A DNA stretch of 64,000 nucleotides, from contig CAXXMB010000002.1 of assembly GCA_963668675.2 (NCBI GenBank), positions 768,001 through 832,000 of the forward strand, written 5' to 3'. Within the stretch, counting starts at the first letter, position 1, and each line of letters opens with the position of its first letter. The position numbers and the translations under genes were made by a program. Below the pieces are notes generated by a model. It searched no databases. It was not told where the DNA came from and worked only from the letters and a program-made list of their open reading frames with translations. Positions 38,075 through 48,478 of the stretch are shown piece by piece. This stretch comes from an uncultured Desulfatitalea sp. GTDB lineage: Bacteria; Desulfobacterota; Desulfobacteria; Desulfobacterales; Desulfosarcinaceae.

Positions 38075-39847
38075 ATGGAGAAAAAAATCCGGCGCATCAT
38101 CGAAGAGAAGCTATCCATCCCCGTGGTCGAAGGAGAAGACAAGCGCTGCACGCCCAAAGAGGCGATTGAGAGGCATATTGACAAACATATGACCCTGAGC
38201 CTTACCGCCGGCGTCGGCACACTGGCCTACCAACTGGTGCGATCGTTCTGGGACAAGGCGCCGGAGTTCACCGTGATCACCCCCTCGCTTAATCTTCATC
38301 TGGTGGCGATCGTCAGAAAGCGCATTGCCAAAAAGATTCTGACCAGTTTTGCCGGTATCAACTACCCCAGCCCGCGCCCCTGCCCGGTGGTTCAAAACGC
38401 TTATGGGGCCGGAACCATCGATCTTGAGAGTTGGACCATGCGGACCATCCCCCAACGACTGCTGGCCGGCGCCTTGGGCATGGATTTCATCCCCACTCGT
38501 TCGCTTATCGGCAGCACCATGGCTGAAGAGAACCGGGAGTCGTTCCAGGTCATGGACAACCCCTTCAGCAAAGAGGGGCAGATCGGACTGCTGCGCGCTT
38601 TAGAGCCGGATGTGACCCTGATTCATGGCGCCGTGGCCGACCGCAGCGGCAACACGATTTTGACCTATCCCCTGTCAGGAGATGCCTACGGCGCCTGGGC
38701 TGCCAGGAAGGGGGTTATCGTCAGTGTCGAAAAGATCGTCTCCACTGAGTACATTCGCAAACACGCCCACATGGTGCGGATTCCCGCCTATTCGGTACTC
38801 GCCGTCTGTGAAACGCCCTTCGGTTCTCATCCCCTCGGCGTAATGGAGCATGGTCTGCCGGACTTTGATCCCTACTTTCCAGACTACGACTTCATGACAG
38901 AAACCAACAACGCCACCAAGGACGACGCCGACTTTGACCGGTGGATTCAGGAGTGGATCCTGGACGTGCGCGATCACGATGACTACCTCTCCCGATTGGG
39001 CAACGAACGCATGCTCTACCTCAAAGGCAAAGCTGCCCCGGATGCATGGTTGCCGGAAACCATGACCGAATCCGCCAGTGTCGACTTTGCCAAGCCGCCC
39101 AACGCCCTGGAGCGCATGGTCATTGCAGCCGCACAGATGATCGCCGAACGATGCGTCGACAAAGGATTCAAAAACATACTGGCCGGCATCGGCCTCTCCA
39201 ATCTCTCTGCCTGGCTGGCCGCTTACGCATTGAAAGACGGCCCCAACGAGGTGGACCTGATGGCCGAAATCGGAATGTACGGCTACCTGCCGCGCACCTC
39301 CGATCCCGCCGTATTCAGTTTGCACAACATGCATACCTGCAAGATGCTCTCTAACATCGAAACGGTACTGGGCTTCAACGTCGGCGGTGCGACCAACCAG
39401 TGCCTGGGCGTGCTGGGCGCCGGTATGATCGACCCCTACGGCAACGCCAACTCGACCAAGATTTCAGACAAAGTATACCTGGTCGGCTCTGGCGGCGCCA
39501 ACGACATCGCCACCGCCAACAAAGAGTCCCTGGTGGTGATGAACGCCGGCAAGCACCGAATGCTGCCTGAGCTTCCCTATATCACCTACCCCGGCAAGAA
39601 AGTGCGCACCGTGGTGACCGATGTGGGGGTGTTCGAAAAGATCGATGGCAATGAGACCCTGACCCTCACCGCCTATCTGCCTGAGAAGGCGTCCGACACC
39701 GAAGCGGCATGCGTGGAGAAAGCCAAATCCGTCGTCGATTGGGATCTCTCCATTGCGCCTTCGTTAAGACGCCTGCCACTGGCCAACGAAGAGGATCTGA
39801 CCTTGCTGCGCCTCTTCGATCCACGGGGGTATTATATCGGAACCTGA
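38075..39847 (+). CDS. Fused family I CoA transferase (glutaconate CoA-transferase A+B like)
   Basis: PDVTLIHG..ADRSGN, PFGSHP in the alpha half; AEIGMYG, GNANST, GSGGANDIA, VTDVG in the beta half. Confidence 0.85.
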   Translation: MEKKIRRIIEEKLSIPVVEGEDKRCTPKEAIERHIDKHMTLSLTAGVGTLAYQLVRSFWDKAPEFTVITPSLNLHLVAIVRKRIAKKILTSFAGINYPSPRPCPVVQNAYGAGTIDLESWTMRTIPQRLLAGALGMDFIPTRSLIGSTMAEENRESFQVMDNPFSKEGQIGLLRALEPDVTLIHGAVADRSGNTILTYPLSGDAYGAWAARKGVIVSVEKIVSTEYIRKHAHMVRIPAYSVLAVCETPFGSHPLGVMEHGLPDFDPYFPDYDFMTETNNATKDDADFDRWIQEWILDVRDHDDYLSRLGNERMLYLKGKAAPDAWLPETMTESASVDFAKPPNALERMVIAAAQMIAERCVDKGFKNILAGIGLSNLSAWLAAYALKDGPNEVDLMAEIGMYGYLPRTSDPAVFSLHNMHTCKMLSNIETVLGFNVGGATNQCLGVLGAGMIDPYGNANSTKISDKVYLVGSGGANDIATANKESLVVMNAGKHRMLPELPYITYPGKKVRTVVTDVGVFEKIDGNETLTLTAYLPEKASDTEAACVEKAKSVVDWDLSIAPSLRRLPLANEEDLTLLRLFDPRGYYIGT

Positions 39848-39875
39848 GCGGAAATAGCTTGGGGAAGGAGGAAAG

Positions 39876-40280
39876 ATGGCAACGCTGCATGAGCATATTC
39901 AATCTTCGGAGCGAAACGGCAACATATCCTTTACGATCGAGGAGAGAAGCAGTGAGTGCGTGGTGAGCCGCATGCCGGTTCAAAAGGGCATCCTGAATCC
40001 CTTCGGCGTGGTGCAAGCCGGGGCCATGATCTGGCTGGCCGATGTGACCGCCTCTGTTCTGGTCCTGGAGGCCCACTCGGTCGAAGCGTCCGGCAAAGGG
40101 TTTCCCCTGGCCATCGATCTGCACACATCGCTGTTTGGCAACCAGAAGGACGGTGAAATCAAAGCCGAAGCCCGCTTCGTAAAACGGGGAAGCAAAGTGT
40201 CGGTGGTGCGAACACGCCTGCTGGGCAACGGAGACAAGCTATTGGCCGAAATGACAAGCACACATGTTCCGGCAGGATAG
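39876..40280 (+). CDS. PaaI-family thioesterase
   Basis: LNPFGVVQAGAMIWLAD hotdog-fold motif. Confidence 0.88.
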   Translation: MATLHEHIQSSERNGNISFTIEERSSECVVSRMPVQKGILNPFGVVQAGAMIWLADVTASVLVLEAHSVEASGKGFPLAIDLHTSLFGNQKDGEIKAEARFVKRGSKVSVVRTRLLGNGDKLLAEMTSTHVPAG

Positions 40281-40323
40281 AATAACAGACAAGATGCCTT
40301 CACTTTATACTTAAAACTCAACT

Positions 40324-40506
40324 TTGATGGATTCGTAAAAAGTCGTTCGCACGTCATGCCGGACTTGATAAGCCTGCCCTGGACCTGATCCAAGGGCATC
40401 CAGAAACCATTGAAAAAACTTGATAGCGCCAAGGCTTCACTGCGTGCCCGGCTTTCGCCGGAATGACAGGAAAAGTATTGTTTGGGACTTTTTCCGAGGG
40501 CATCAA
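40324..40506 (+). repeat. Family B element copy 3 (both insert types)
   Basis: TTGATGGATTCGTAAAAAGT..ACTTTTTCCGAGGGCATCAA ends. Confidence 0.85.
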
Positions 40507-40534
40507 CTTTCGGGTTTCGCGATATTTACATACG

Positions 40535-40721
40535 GAGGTGAGCCCAGTGGTTGGTCTGCACCTCTTCAGCATTGCATTTTAGTGTCGCTTAGCGGCAGTG
40601 GAGGATCAGCGGCCCGGACTGTCTGAGCGCCAGCGAGTTTCCGGGCCGCCCGGAACTGCAGCTTAGCGACACTTAAATGCGTTTGCGTGAGGTGCAGACC
40701 AACCACTGGGCTCACCGGCGC
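40535..40721 (+). repeat. Long covarying hairpin element, family C copy 3
   Basis: Perfect 24-bp outer stem AGCCCAGTGGTTGGTCTGCACCTC and its complement; loop CTGTCTGAGCGCCAGCGAGTT. Confidence 0.9.
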
Positions 40722-40776
40722 TTACCCCCAAAAGTTGAGTCAAAACTCATAACTTCTGCCGCATCCGTTTCGTCTG

Positions 40777-42240
40777 CTATTTCTTACCCTTGCCCTTTTG
40801 CGGTATCCCGGCCAACGCCTTGGCCAGCTTGATCTTCTCTGCCAGCTTACCCTCCCTGAAAATCATGATGCGCTGGGCCTGTGGCGATCCGGCGCCGTGC
40901 ATCGACTCGACCATAGCGGTGCCGCCGGTCATGGCCTCGATCAAGCGGCCGATCTTGATGCGCTCCTTCACCGGAATATCCGAGACACCACTGAAATACT
41001 TCTCCACCAGATGCCCCACCTTCTCGCTCTCCAGGTCGTACTCGCTGGGCAGGGTGGCAATGAACCCACCGGCAATATCCGTGGCCAGCCGGGCCACTTC
41101 GAAATGGAAACGGGTGACGTTCTGCTTGCACACATTGGCCAGCATGGTGTCCACGAGATAGGCCCCCGATGGCGTCGGCTGCCCCTCTGCCGAACAGGCG
41201 ATCGAAGAGCTGTAGAGCGTCTCGCTCAGATGGATCATCTCTGTCACCTTGTCCCTGATATGGGAGCCTTTGGCCGTACCTTGGATCTGGGTCAGGTAAC
41301 TGACCGCGCCAGTCAACACATCCATGAGCCCGGTTTTACAGGCGCCGTAGTTGGCCCGATGATGGGCCGCGAATCGGTAGACCAGCGATCCGGTAAAAGC
41401 CGACTCCCCATTCAAAAAAATGCGTTCATTGGGAACAAAAACATCTTCAAAGGCGATAACCGCCTCGCCGCCCACCACGCCGAATCTCGGTTTGCCCACA
41501 TCGATGCGCTCCAGATGGTCCCGCCGGTCGTCACCGGCCTGGCGACCGAAGATCAAGGTTATACCAGGTGCGTCAATCGGGATGGCGCATACAATAGCGT
41601 AGTCACGGGATCCCTCGTTCAGCGCTGTGGTGGGCATGACCAGTATCTCGTGGGAGTTGACCGCACCGGTCATATGCAGTTTGGCGCCCCGGATCACCAC
41701 GCCGTCCGCCCTGCGCTCAACCACACGCACATACTGATCCGGATCGTCCTGCTCGGCCGGCCCCCTGGAGCGATCTCCCTTGGGATCCGTCATGGCGCCG
41801 ACCACCATCAGGTTCTCATCCTGGATTCGGGTCAGCCACTGTTTGAAATGCTCGAAATAGTCTGTGCCGTTCTTCTTGTCGATTTCGTAAGCCACCGAGT
41901 AAACGGCGTTGATCCCGTCGAACCCCACACAGCGCTGAAAGCAAGTGCCGGTCTTCTGCCCCAGCACGCGCAGCAATTTGATCTTTTTAATCAGGTCTTC
42001 GATGCCTTGATGAATATGAGTGAACCGGCTGATGGTGCGGCCGGTCAGATGGGAGGTGGCCGTGGCCAGTTCCCTGTACCTCTCCTTGCCTGCCAAGGCA
42101 TAGGTCATAGCCGCCGCCCGGACATGGGGCGCCGTGGCCGGGTGCCGGGTCACATCCTCGATGAGGCGACCTTTATAATAGATATTCGGATTTAGCCTCC
42201 TAAGGCTTTCTATGTATTCGGCTCCATTTCTCAGTTCCAT
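40777..42240 (-). CDS. abfD: 4-hydroxybutyryl-CoA dehydratase family protein
   Basis: TGTCFQRCVG and HHRANYGACK Fe-S ligand motifs; AMTDPKGDRS, ESMHGAGSPQAQR. Confidence 0.85.
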   Translation of the reverse strand: MELRNGAEYIESLRRLNPNIYYKGRLIEDVTRHPATAPHVRAAAMTYALAGKERYRELATATSHLTGRTISRFTHIHQGIEDLIKKIKLLRVLGQKTGTCFQRCVGFDGINAVYSVAYEIDKKNGTDYFEHFKQWLTRIQDENLMVVGAMTDPKGDRSRGPAEQDDPDQYVRVVERRADGVVIRGAKLHMTGAVNSHEILVMPTTALNEGSRDYAIVCAIPIDAPGITLIFGRQAGDDRRDHLERIDVGKPRFGVVGGEAVIAFEDVFVPNERIFLNGESAFTGSLVYRFAAHHRANYGACKTGLMDVLTGAVSYLTQIQGTAKGSHIRDKVTEMIHLSETLYSSSIACSAEGQPTPSGAYLVDTMLANVCKQNVTRFHFEVARLATDIAGGFIATLPSEYDLESEKVGHLVEKYFSGVSDIPVKERIKIGRLIEAMTGGTAMVESMHGAGSPQAQRIMIFREGKLAEKIKLAKALAGIPQKGKGKK

Positions 42241-42272
42241 TCTACCCCCTTTTCCAGTAAGCTACTTCAAAA

Positions 42273-43253
42273 TCATCTCGTATGTTCTTCCAATCTGCGC
42301 AGGGCGTCAAGCGTAGATTGCATATCATCCGGCAACGCCGCTTCAAAGCGAAGCTCATCTTCGCTGACCGGATGGGTGAACCGCAGTTGATGGGCGTGCA
42401 GCATTTGGCGCTTCGCCGCATTGATAACATCATGGAGGGTGGGCAGACCCCGGGCCTGGCGCAGAACAGACCGACGCTGACCATAAACGGGATCGCCGAT
42501 GATAGGGTGCCCCATAGAGAGACAGTGGACCCTGATCTGATGAGTACGACCGGTTTTGAGAATCACGGCCAGAAGTGTCGCGCCGTTGAAACGCTCCCGA
42601 ACCCGCCAAAGGGTGAGGGCCTCCCTGCCTCCGTGGCCGACCACCGCCATCTTTTTCCGCTCCTGGCCGTGACGCCCCAAGGGCAGATCGATGGTTCCGC
42701 TTGCTCGATCGGGCACACCTGCGACCAGGGCCAGGTACTCCTTGTGCACAAGACGGGCCTTGAACTGCGCCGATAGCCCCTGGTGGGCAGCGCTGTTCTT
42801 TGCGACAACCAGAACGCCGGTGGTATCCTTGTCCAGGCGGTGCACAATTCCCGGGCGTTTCTCAGCACCGATGCCTTCGAGATCCGGGCAGTGATGGAGC
42901 AAACCGTTCACCAATGTACCGGTAGGGTGACCAGCCGATGGATGTACCACCATTCCAGCCGGCTTGTTGAGCACAATCAGATGTCGGTCTTCGAAGAGGA
43001 TATCCAACGGAAGCGGTTCGGCCACCATATCCACTGGCTCGGGAGGCGGTACGCACCCGGTGACCTCTTCATGAGATTTGACCTTGTATGACGATTTGCG
43101 CGGCACTCCATCTACATGAACGTTGCCTTGGCGAATAAGGTCCGCAGCCCTGGACCGGGAACAGTCAGCCAGATGGGCCGACAGATAGGCGTCGAGACGC
43201 ATCCCGCTTTCAGTGGGATCGACATAGAGCGAAAAATTGCCCGTTGGAGGCAT
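42273..43253 (-). CDS. rluD: 23S rRNA pseudouridine synthase
   Basis: S4 domain RLDAYL, NKPAGMVVHP, GIVHRLDKDTTG, TGRTHQIRVH. Confidence 0.93.
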   Translation of the reverse strand: MPPTGNFSLYVDPTESGMRLDAYLSAHLADCSRSRAADLIRQGNVHVDGVPRKSSYKVKSHEEVTGCVPPPEPVDMVAEPLPLDILFEDRHLIVLNKPAGMVVHPSAGHPTGTLVNGLLHHCPDLEGIGAEKRPGIVHRLDKDTTGVLVVAKNSAAHQGLSAQFKARLVHKEYLALVAGVPDRASGTIDLPLGRHGQERKKMAVVGHGGREALTLWRVRERFNGATLLAVILKTGRTHQIRVHCLSMGHPIIGDPVYGQRRSVLRQARGLPTLHDVINAAKRQMLHAHQLRFTHPVSEDELRFEAALPDDMQSTLDALRRLEEHTR

Positions 43254-43266
43254 CTTTTACAGTGAC

Positions 43267-43821
43267 TTACTCTTTTTCGTCGGAGGCAAACAGGGCTTCA
43301 ATTTCGGAAGCCACCGCTTTTTCATCGGTATTTTTTGCGGTTGACAGCTCTTTGATCAGCAGATTATGAGCGGTGTCGTAAAGCTTCCGTTCACCGAAGG
43401 AGAGATCTTTGGTCAATTTAAGCAGCGAGAGATCGCGGAAAACTTCGGCCACCTCATAGAGTGAACCGGTTTTGATCTTGTCCATGTATTCTCTATAGCG
43501 GCGATTCCAGGTCTGATTGTCGATGGCCAGATCTCTTTGGGAGGTCATCACCTTCATGATTTTGGGGATCTCAGTCTCGCCGATCACATCACGCAGCCCA
43601 ACCGATTCGACATTCCAGGTGGGAATCATGATGACCATGTTGTTCTCGAGGATCTTCATGATATAGAAATCGTGGGTTTCACCATTCACCACACGCGATT
43701 CGATGGCCTCGATACGGCCCACGCCATGGGCGGGATACACAGCCAGATCGCCGATCTTAAACCGCTTGGTTTTAGATTTGGGGACCTCTTTTTTTTCTTC
43801 TTCTTCTACCGAATCGGCCAT
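43267..43821 (-). CDS. carD: CarD/CdnL family transcription factor
   Basis: FKIGDLAVYPAHGVG, WNRRYREY. Confidence 0.93.
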   Translation of the reverse strand: MADSVEEEEKKEVPKSKTKRFKIGDLAVYPAHGVGRIEAIESRVVNGETHDFYIMKILENNMVIMIPTWNVESVGLRDVIGETEIPKIMKVMTSQRDLAIDNQTWNRRYREYMDKIKTGSLYEVAEVFRDLSLLKLTKDLSFGERKLYDTAHNLLIKELSTAKNTDEKAVASEIEALFASDEKE

Positions 43822-43905
43822 TCAAGCTACCTGACGCGCACTCAAAGCGCTTAGAAAAGTGACAGTTAGGTGCAAAATATAGCATTATCCCGACTAGCTT
43901 GCAAC

Positions 43906-43940
43906 AAAAAAGGATCGGCACCAAAGTGCCGATCCTTTTT
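43906..43940 (-). terminator. Intrinsic terminator after hppA
   Basis: GGATCGGCAC-N4-GTGCCGATCC stem flanked by A and T runs. Confidence 0.8.
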
Positions 43941-43976
43941 GCTTCTCGATCAGGCGCAACAATCGCGCCGTTTCAC

Positions 43977-46019
43977 TTACATCATTTTGATCAGGATGGG
44001 AACCAGCAGCAGGGCAACCACATTGAGGATCTTGATCATGGGGTTGACTGCCGGGCCAGCGGTATCCTTGTAAGGATCGCCGACGGTGTCGCCGGTCACC
44101 GCTGCTTTATGGGCATCGCTGCCCTTGCCGCCGAGGTGGCCATCTTCGATGTACTTTTTGGCATTGTCCCAGGCAGCGCCACCGGTGGTCATCGACAGGG
44201 CCACGAACACGCCCGTTACGATAGAACCGATGAGCAGTCCACCAAGTGCGACCGGCCCCAGGAACACTCCAACCAGGATCGGTGCCACAACCGGCAGGAT
44301 CGCCGGAACCAGCATCTCTTTCAGTGCAAACTTGGTGACGATGTCCACGCATGCACCGTAATCGGGTTTGCCGGTGCCTTCCATGATGCCCGGAATCTCG
44401 CGGAACTGACGGCGCACCTCGTCAACGACTGCGCCGCCGGCTTTGCCAACCGCCTTCATGGCGATGGAGGCGAACAGATAGGGCAGCAGACCGCCAATGA
44501 AAAGGCCGACAATGACGCTAACGTCGGAAAGCTCGAACTTGAGTCCCTTGTCGGCGCCGTGGATCGCAAACTCTTCCACGTAAGCAGCGAAAAGAACGAG
44601 GGCGGCCAGACCGGCGGAGCCGATGGCATACCCTTTGGTAACGGCCTTGGTGGTGTTTCCAACCGCATCCAACGGATCGGTCACGGCGCGGACACTCTCG
44701 TCCATCTCGGCCATCTCGGCGATGCCGCCGGCATTGTCGGTGATGGGACCATAAGCGTCGATGGCGATAACCATACCGGTCATGGAGAGCATGGACATGG
44801 CAGCCATGGCGATGCCGTACAGATCACCAAACTTGTAAGCCAAGAGGATGGCCAGACAGATGGCCAGAACCGGAAGTGCAGTGGCCTGCATGGAGACGGC
44901 CAGACCGGCGATGATGTTGGTGCCGTGTCCGGTGGTGGAGGCGTCGGCGATCGATTTTACAGGACCGTAAATACCGGTGTAGTACTCGGTAATGATAACG
45001 ATCACAACCGTCAAGACCAGGCCGATCAAGGTGCAGTAGTAAATATTCATGGCGGAAATCTCGGGGATACCGACCATGAACTTGTTACAGGCGTAAAAGA
45101 AGGCAATACCGGCGAGGATCGCCGACCCGAACATGCCTTTGTATAGAGCGCCCATGATGTAGCCGCCGCTGCCCAAGCGCACAAAGAAGACGGCGATGAT
45201 CGAGGCGATGATGGAGATGGCGCCCAGGATCAGGGGAAACTCGGTGGCCATCTGCATTTTGGGGTAGAGCAGGTTGCCGATGAGCATAGCAGCCACGGCG
45301 GTCACTGCGTAGGTCTCGAACAGGTCGGCTGCCATACCGGCACAGTCACCGACGTTGTCACCGACGTTGTCAGCGATGGTGGCGGGGTTTCTGGGGTCAT
45401 CTTCGGGGATGCCCGCTTCAACCTTGCCGACCAGGTCGGCGCCCACATCGGCGCCCTTGGTGAAGATACCACCGCCCAAACGGGCGAAGATGGAGATCAA
45501 ACTGCCGCCGAAGCCGAGAGCGACCAGTGCGATAACGGCGTCTTTGGATTCCACGCCAATACCGAGCAGGATGGTGTAGTACCCGGCGACAGCGGTCAGG
45601 GCCAAGCCAGCCACGATCATACCGGTCACGGAACCGCCCCTAAAGGCCATGGCGAGACCGGCAGCCATGCCTTTCTTGGCAGCCTCGGCCGTTCTCACGT
45701 TGGCCAGGACCGATACGCGCATGCCGATGTAGCCGGCCAAGAAAGAGGCAATGGCACCGACGAGAAAGCCGAGGGCGGTTTTGGCGCCAAGGGTGAAGAC
45801 AATAAGGATAAAAATGATAATACCGGCAATCCCCATGCTCTTCATCTGACGGTTCAGGTAGGCAACGGCGCCTTCCTTAATGGCATTGGCAATTTTCTGC
45901 ATTTTCTCATCGCCGGCAGGTGCACTTTTGACGATCGCGGCGAGGATAATGGCAAAAACCACTCCGACCATCCCAACCAATGTACAAATCAACGGAATAT
46001 TGTTCATTACAACGTCCAT
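43977..46019 (-). CDS. hppA: Membrane-bound ion-translocating pyrophosphatase
   Basis: [42 protein letters not shown]. Confidence 0.97.
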   Translation of the reverse strand: MDVVMNNIPLICTLVGMVGVVFAIILAAIVKSAPAGDEKMQKIANAIKEGAVAYLNRQMKSMGIAGIIIFILIVFTLGAKTALGFLVGAIASFLAGYIGMRVSVLANVRTAEAAKKGMAAGLAMAFRGGSVTGMIVAGLALTAVAGYYTILLGIGVESKDAVIALVALGFGGSLISIFARLGGGIFTKGADVGADLVGKVEAGIPEDDPRNPATIADNVGDNVGDCAGMAADLFETYAVTAVAAMLIGNLLYPKMQMATEFPLILGAISIIASIIAVFFVRLGSGGYIMGALYKGMFGSAILAGIAFFYACNKFMVGIPEISAMNIYYCTLIGLVLTVVIVIITEYYTGIYGPVKSIADASTTGHGTNIIAGLAVSMQATALPVLAICLAILLAYKFGDLYGIAMAAMSMLSMTGMVIAIDAYGPITDNAGGIAEMAEMDESVRAVTDPLDAVGNTTKAVTKGYAIGSAGLAALVLFAAYVEEFAIHGADKGLKFELSDVSVIVGLFIGGLLPYLFASIAMKAVGKAGGAVVDEVRRQFREIPGIMEGTGKPDYGACVDIVTKFALKEMLVPAILPVVAPILVGVFLGPVALGGLLIGSIVTGVFVALSMTTGGAAWDNAKKYIEDGHLGGKGSDAHKAAVTGDTVGDPYKDTAGPAVNPMIKILNVVALLLVPILIKMM

Positions 46020-46040
46020 TCTCTCCTCCCTATAAATTGG

Positions 46041-46628
46041 TTAACTTGACTTCTGATTATATCGGTTCATCGCTATCTTCGTACCTTCGGTCAGAATCGT
46101 TACGATCGACTCGCATGCCCTCTGGATAAATTCGCCCAGTTGGTTACGTTCCTCATGATTGAAGGTGCCCAGAACGTGGCCGACAACGTTGTCGCTCTTA
46201 TCGGAGCGCCCTACCCCCATACGAACTCTGGTGAAATCACCATCTCCGAAAGCATTGATGATCGAACGGATTCCCCTGTGTCCGCCATCGCCCCCTTTCT
46301 CTTTGATTTTTAATCTTTTAAAAGCCAGGTCGATGTCGTCATGAACAATAACCATCGCCTCGCGTTGAATCCCGAAATAGTGTGCCAGCCGTTGCAGCGG
46401 CGGGCCGCTGCGGTTCATATAGGATTGGGGCTTGACCAAAAAAGCGTCCACGCCCCTGATGCGCCCCCGCCCATAGATCGTGTCGAACTTTTTCCGTTGG
46501 ACAGGGATCCTGAAAGCCTCTGCAAGCGCATCCACTGCCAGGAAACCCGCATTGTGACGGGTAGTGGCGTAATCCGGCCCGGGATTCCCAAGCCCGACGA
46601 CCAAATAGACCCCATTTCCCGGCATCAT
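46041..46628 (-). CDS. pth: Peptidyl-tRNA hydrolase
   Basis: GLGNPG..TRHNAG, KPQSYMN, HDDID, GGHRG. Confidence 0.96.
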   Translation of the reverse strand: MMPGNGVYLVVGLGNPGPDYATTRHNAGFLAVDALAEAFRIPVQRKKFDTIYGRGRIRGVDAFLVKPQSYMNRSGPPLQRLAHYFGIQREAMVIVHDDIDLAFKRLKIKEKGGDGGHRGIRSIINAFGDGDFTRVRMGVGRSDKSDNVVGHVLGTFNHEERNQLGEFIQRACESIVTILTEGTKIAMNRYNQKSS

Positions 46629-46663
46629 TTGCTGTCCGCCTTAACGGTCCGGCGCTCGGTAAT

Positions 46664-47317
46664 TTACTCTTCCCCGGCCTCTTCTGCGGCTTCACCTTCA
46701 GCCGCCTCGACCTCTTCACCCTCTTCCCCTTCGACCTCTTCAACGGCCTCTTCTTCGTGCTTGGTGGTGGCGACGGTTAGAACCGTGAAGTTGACGTCGT
46801 GGAGAATCTCAACATCTTCAGTGGTCTCAATGTCTTCCACATGTATCGAATGACCAATATCCAATTCCGTGATATCGATAACAATCGATTCGGGAATGTT
46901 ATCGGGACGACAGGCCACTTCCAGTTCCCGGCGGATAATCTGCAACACCCCGCCCGCTTCGACACCGATCGATTTGCCAGTCGTTACGATCGGGACGGCG
47001 ACACGCACCTCACGGTCCATCGAAACCTTGTAGAGGTCGATATGCAACAACTCATTGGAGACCGGGTGAGTCTGCAGCTCTTTGATCATCACCGGCGTGC
47101 CCTTCTTGGCGCCATCGATACGCAAATTGAAGATGGAGCGCCCCAATCCGCCGCCTTTGATAATGGTCTCCAGGTCATGTGCTTCAACGGACACCATGGC
47201 CGGTTCGGTATTCGGACCGTACAGGACAGCCGGAACCCTGCCTTCCCGGCGCATGGCCCGGGCAGGGCTGTTGCCCTTGGTTGTACGGGTTTTGGCGTTT
47301 AGCTCTATGTTATTCAA
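46664..47317 (-). CDS. rplY: 50S ribosomal protein L25/CTC
   Basis: RREGRVPAVLYG, LLHIDL, acidic tail; TTG start after AGGAGG. Confidence 0.95.
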   Translation of the reverse strand: MNNIELNAKTRTTKGNSPARAMRREGRVPAVLYGPNTEPAMVSVEAHDLETIIKGGGLGRSIFNLRIDGAKKGTPVMIKELQTHPVSNELLHIDLYKVSMDREVRVAVPIVTTGKSIGVEAGGVLQIIRRELEVACRPDNIPESIVIDITELDIGHSIHVEDIETTEDVEILHDVNFTVLTVATTKHEEEAVEEVEGEEGEEVEAAEGEAAEEAGEE

Positions 47318-47350
47318 AGAAAAATTCCTCCTTACACAACAAAATTTAGT

Positions 47351-48304
47351 TTATACGAACAACGACGTTACCGAATCTCCCCGATAACTGCGCAGGATTG
47401 CCTCTCCCATGAGGTTGGCAATGGTCAGCACCTTGATTTTATCGCAAGCAGCTGCTTCGGGTGACAGTGGTATCGTATCAGTGACCACGAGACTTTTAAG
47501 GTCGCACGAGTTGATGCGATCGATGGCCGGACCGGACAACACCGGGTGCGCACAGCAGGCATGCACCTCATTGGCACCATTCTCCAACAGGACCTTGACA
47601 GCTTCAGTCATTGTGCCTGCGGTATCGACCATGTCATCCAGGATGATGGCTGTTTTGCCTTTGACGTTACCGATGACCGCCATCGCCTTGGCGACATTGG
47701 GCGCCGTGCGCCGCTTATCGACGATGGCCAATCCGGCCTCCAACCGCTTGGCAAAGGCTCTGGCACGCTCCACTCCACCGGCATCCGGAGAAACGACAAC
47801 AATGTCGTCATGAAGATTGTTACGGATATAACTTAAGATGATCGGTGCCGCGAACAGGTTGTCTACCGGGATATTGAAGAATCCCTGAATCTGACCGGCG
47901 TGCAGATCCATGGTAATCAACCGGCCGGCGCCGGCGGTGGTCAACAGGTCGGCAATCAGCTTGGCGCTGATAGGAACACGCGGTGCCACTTTTTTGTCTT
48001 GGCGTGCATACCCATAGTAGGGCATGACGGCAGTAATGCTGCTGGCCGAGGATCGCTTCACGGCGTCAATCATCAGGAGCAGTTCGACCAGATGGTTGTT
48101 GCCAGGCGAACAGGTGGACTGGATGACAAATACGTCCTTGGTACGGACATTGTCCTCTATTTCGATCTGGATCTCACCGTCACTGAAGGTCGTCAGCTTG
48201 GCACCGCCCATGGGCATGTTCAGATATTCACAGATTCGCGTTGCAAGAGCTGGGTTTGAATTGCCTGAAAAAATCCAGAAATCATTGAGTGTTCTGCTTG
48301 CCAC
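47351..48304 (-). CDS. prs: Ribose-phosphate pyrophosphokinase
   Basis: [37 protein letters not shown]. Confidence 0.97.
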   Translation of the reverse strand: MASRTLNDFWIFSGNSNPALATRICEYLNMPMGGAKLTTFSDGEIQIEIEDNVRTKDVFVIQSTCSPGNNHLVELLLMIDAVKRSSASSITAVMPYYGYARQDKKVAPRVPISAKLIADLLTTAGAGRLITMDLHAGQIQGFFNIPVDNLFAAPIILSYIRNNLHDDIVVVSPDAGGVERARAFAKRLEAGLAIVDKRRTAPNVAKAMAVIGNVKGKTAIILDDMVDTAGTMTEAVKVLLENGANEVHACCAHPVLSGPAIDRINSCDLKSLVVTDTIPLSPEAAACDKIKVLTIANLMGEAILRSYRGDSVTSLFV

Positions 48305-48350
48305 GATGTGGATACCCTCCTTCTGACCCTTGACGGTATGCGCAAAAATT

Positions 48351-48425
48351 TGGCTGGGGCGGGAGGATTCGAACCTCCGAATGCAGGAACCAAAATCCTG
48401 TGTCTTACCGCTTGACGACGCCCCA
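48351..48425 (-). tRNA. tRNA-Gln (TTG)
   Basis: TGGGGCG..CAGGA-TTTTGGT-TCCTG..GGTTCGAATCC..CGCCCCAGCCA cloverleaf with encoded CCA. Confidence 0.97.
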
Positions 48426-48478
48426 GCAATATATAGTGAAGTTTGCTTGCGATCCTCTCCTGCCGACCACCGCGTCCA

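Noticed and set aside
1464..40721. Recurring repeats interpreted as a CRISPR array
   Set aside because: Copies are dispersed singly between genes, not in tandem repeat-spacer order, and there are no cas genes in the window.
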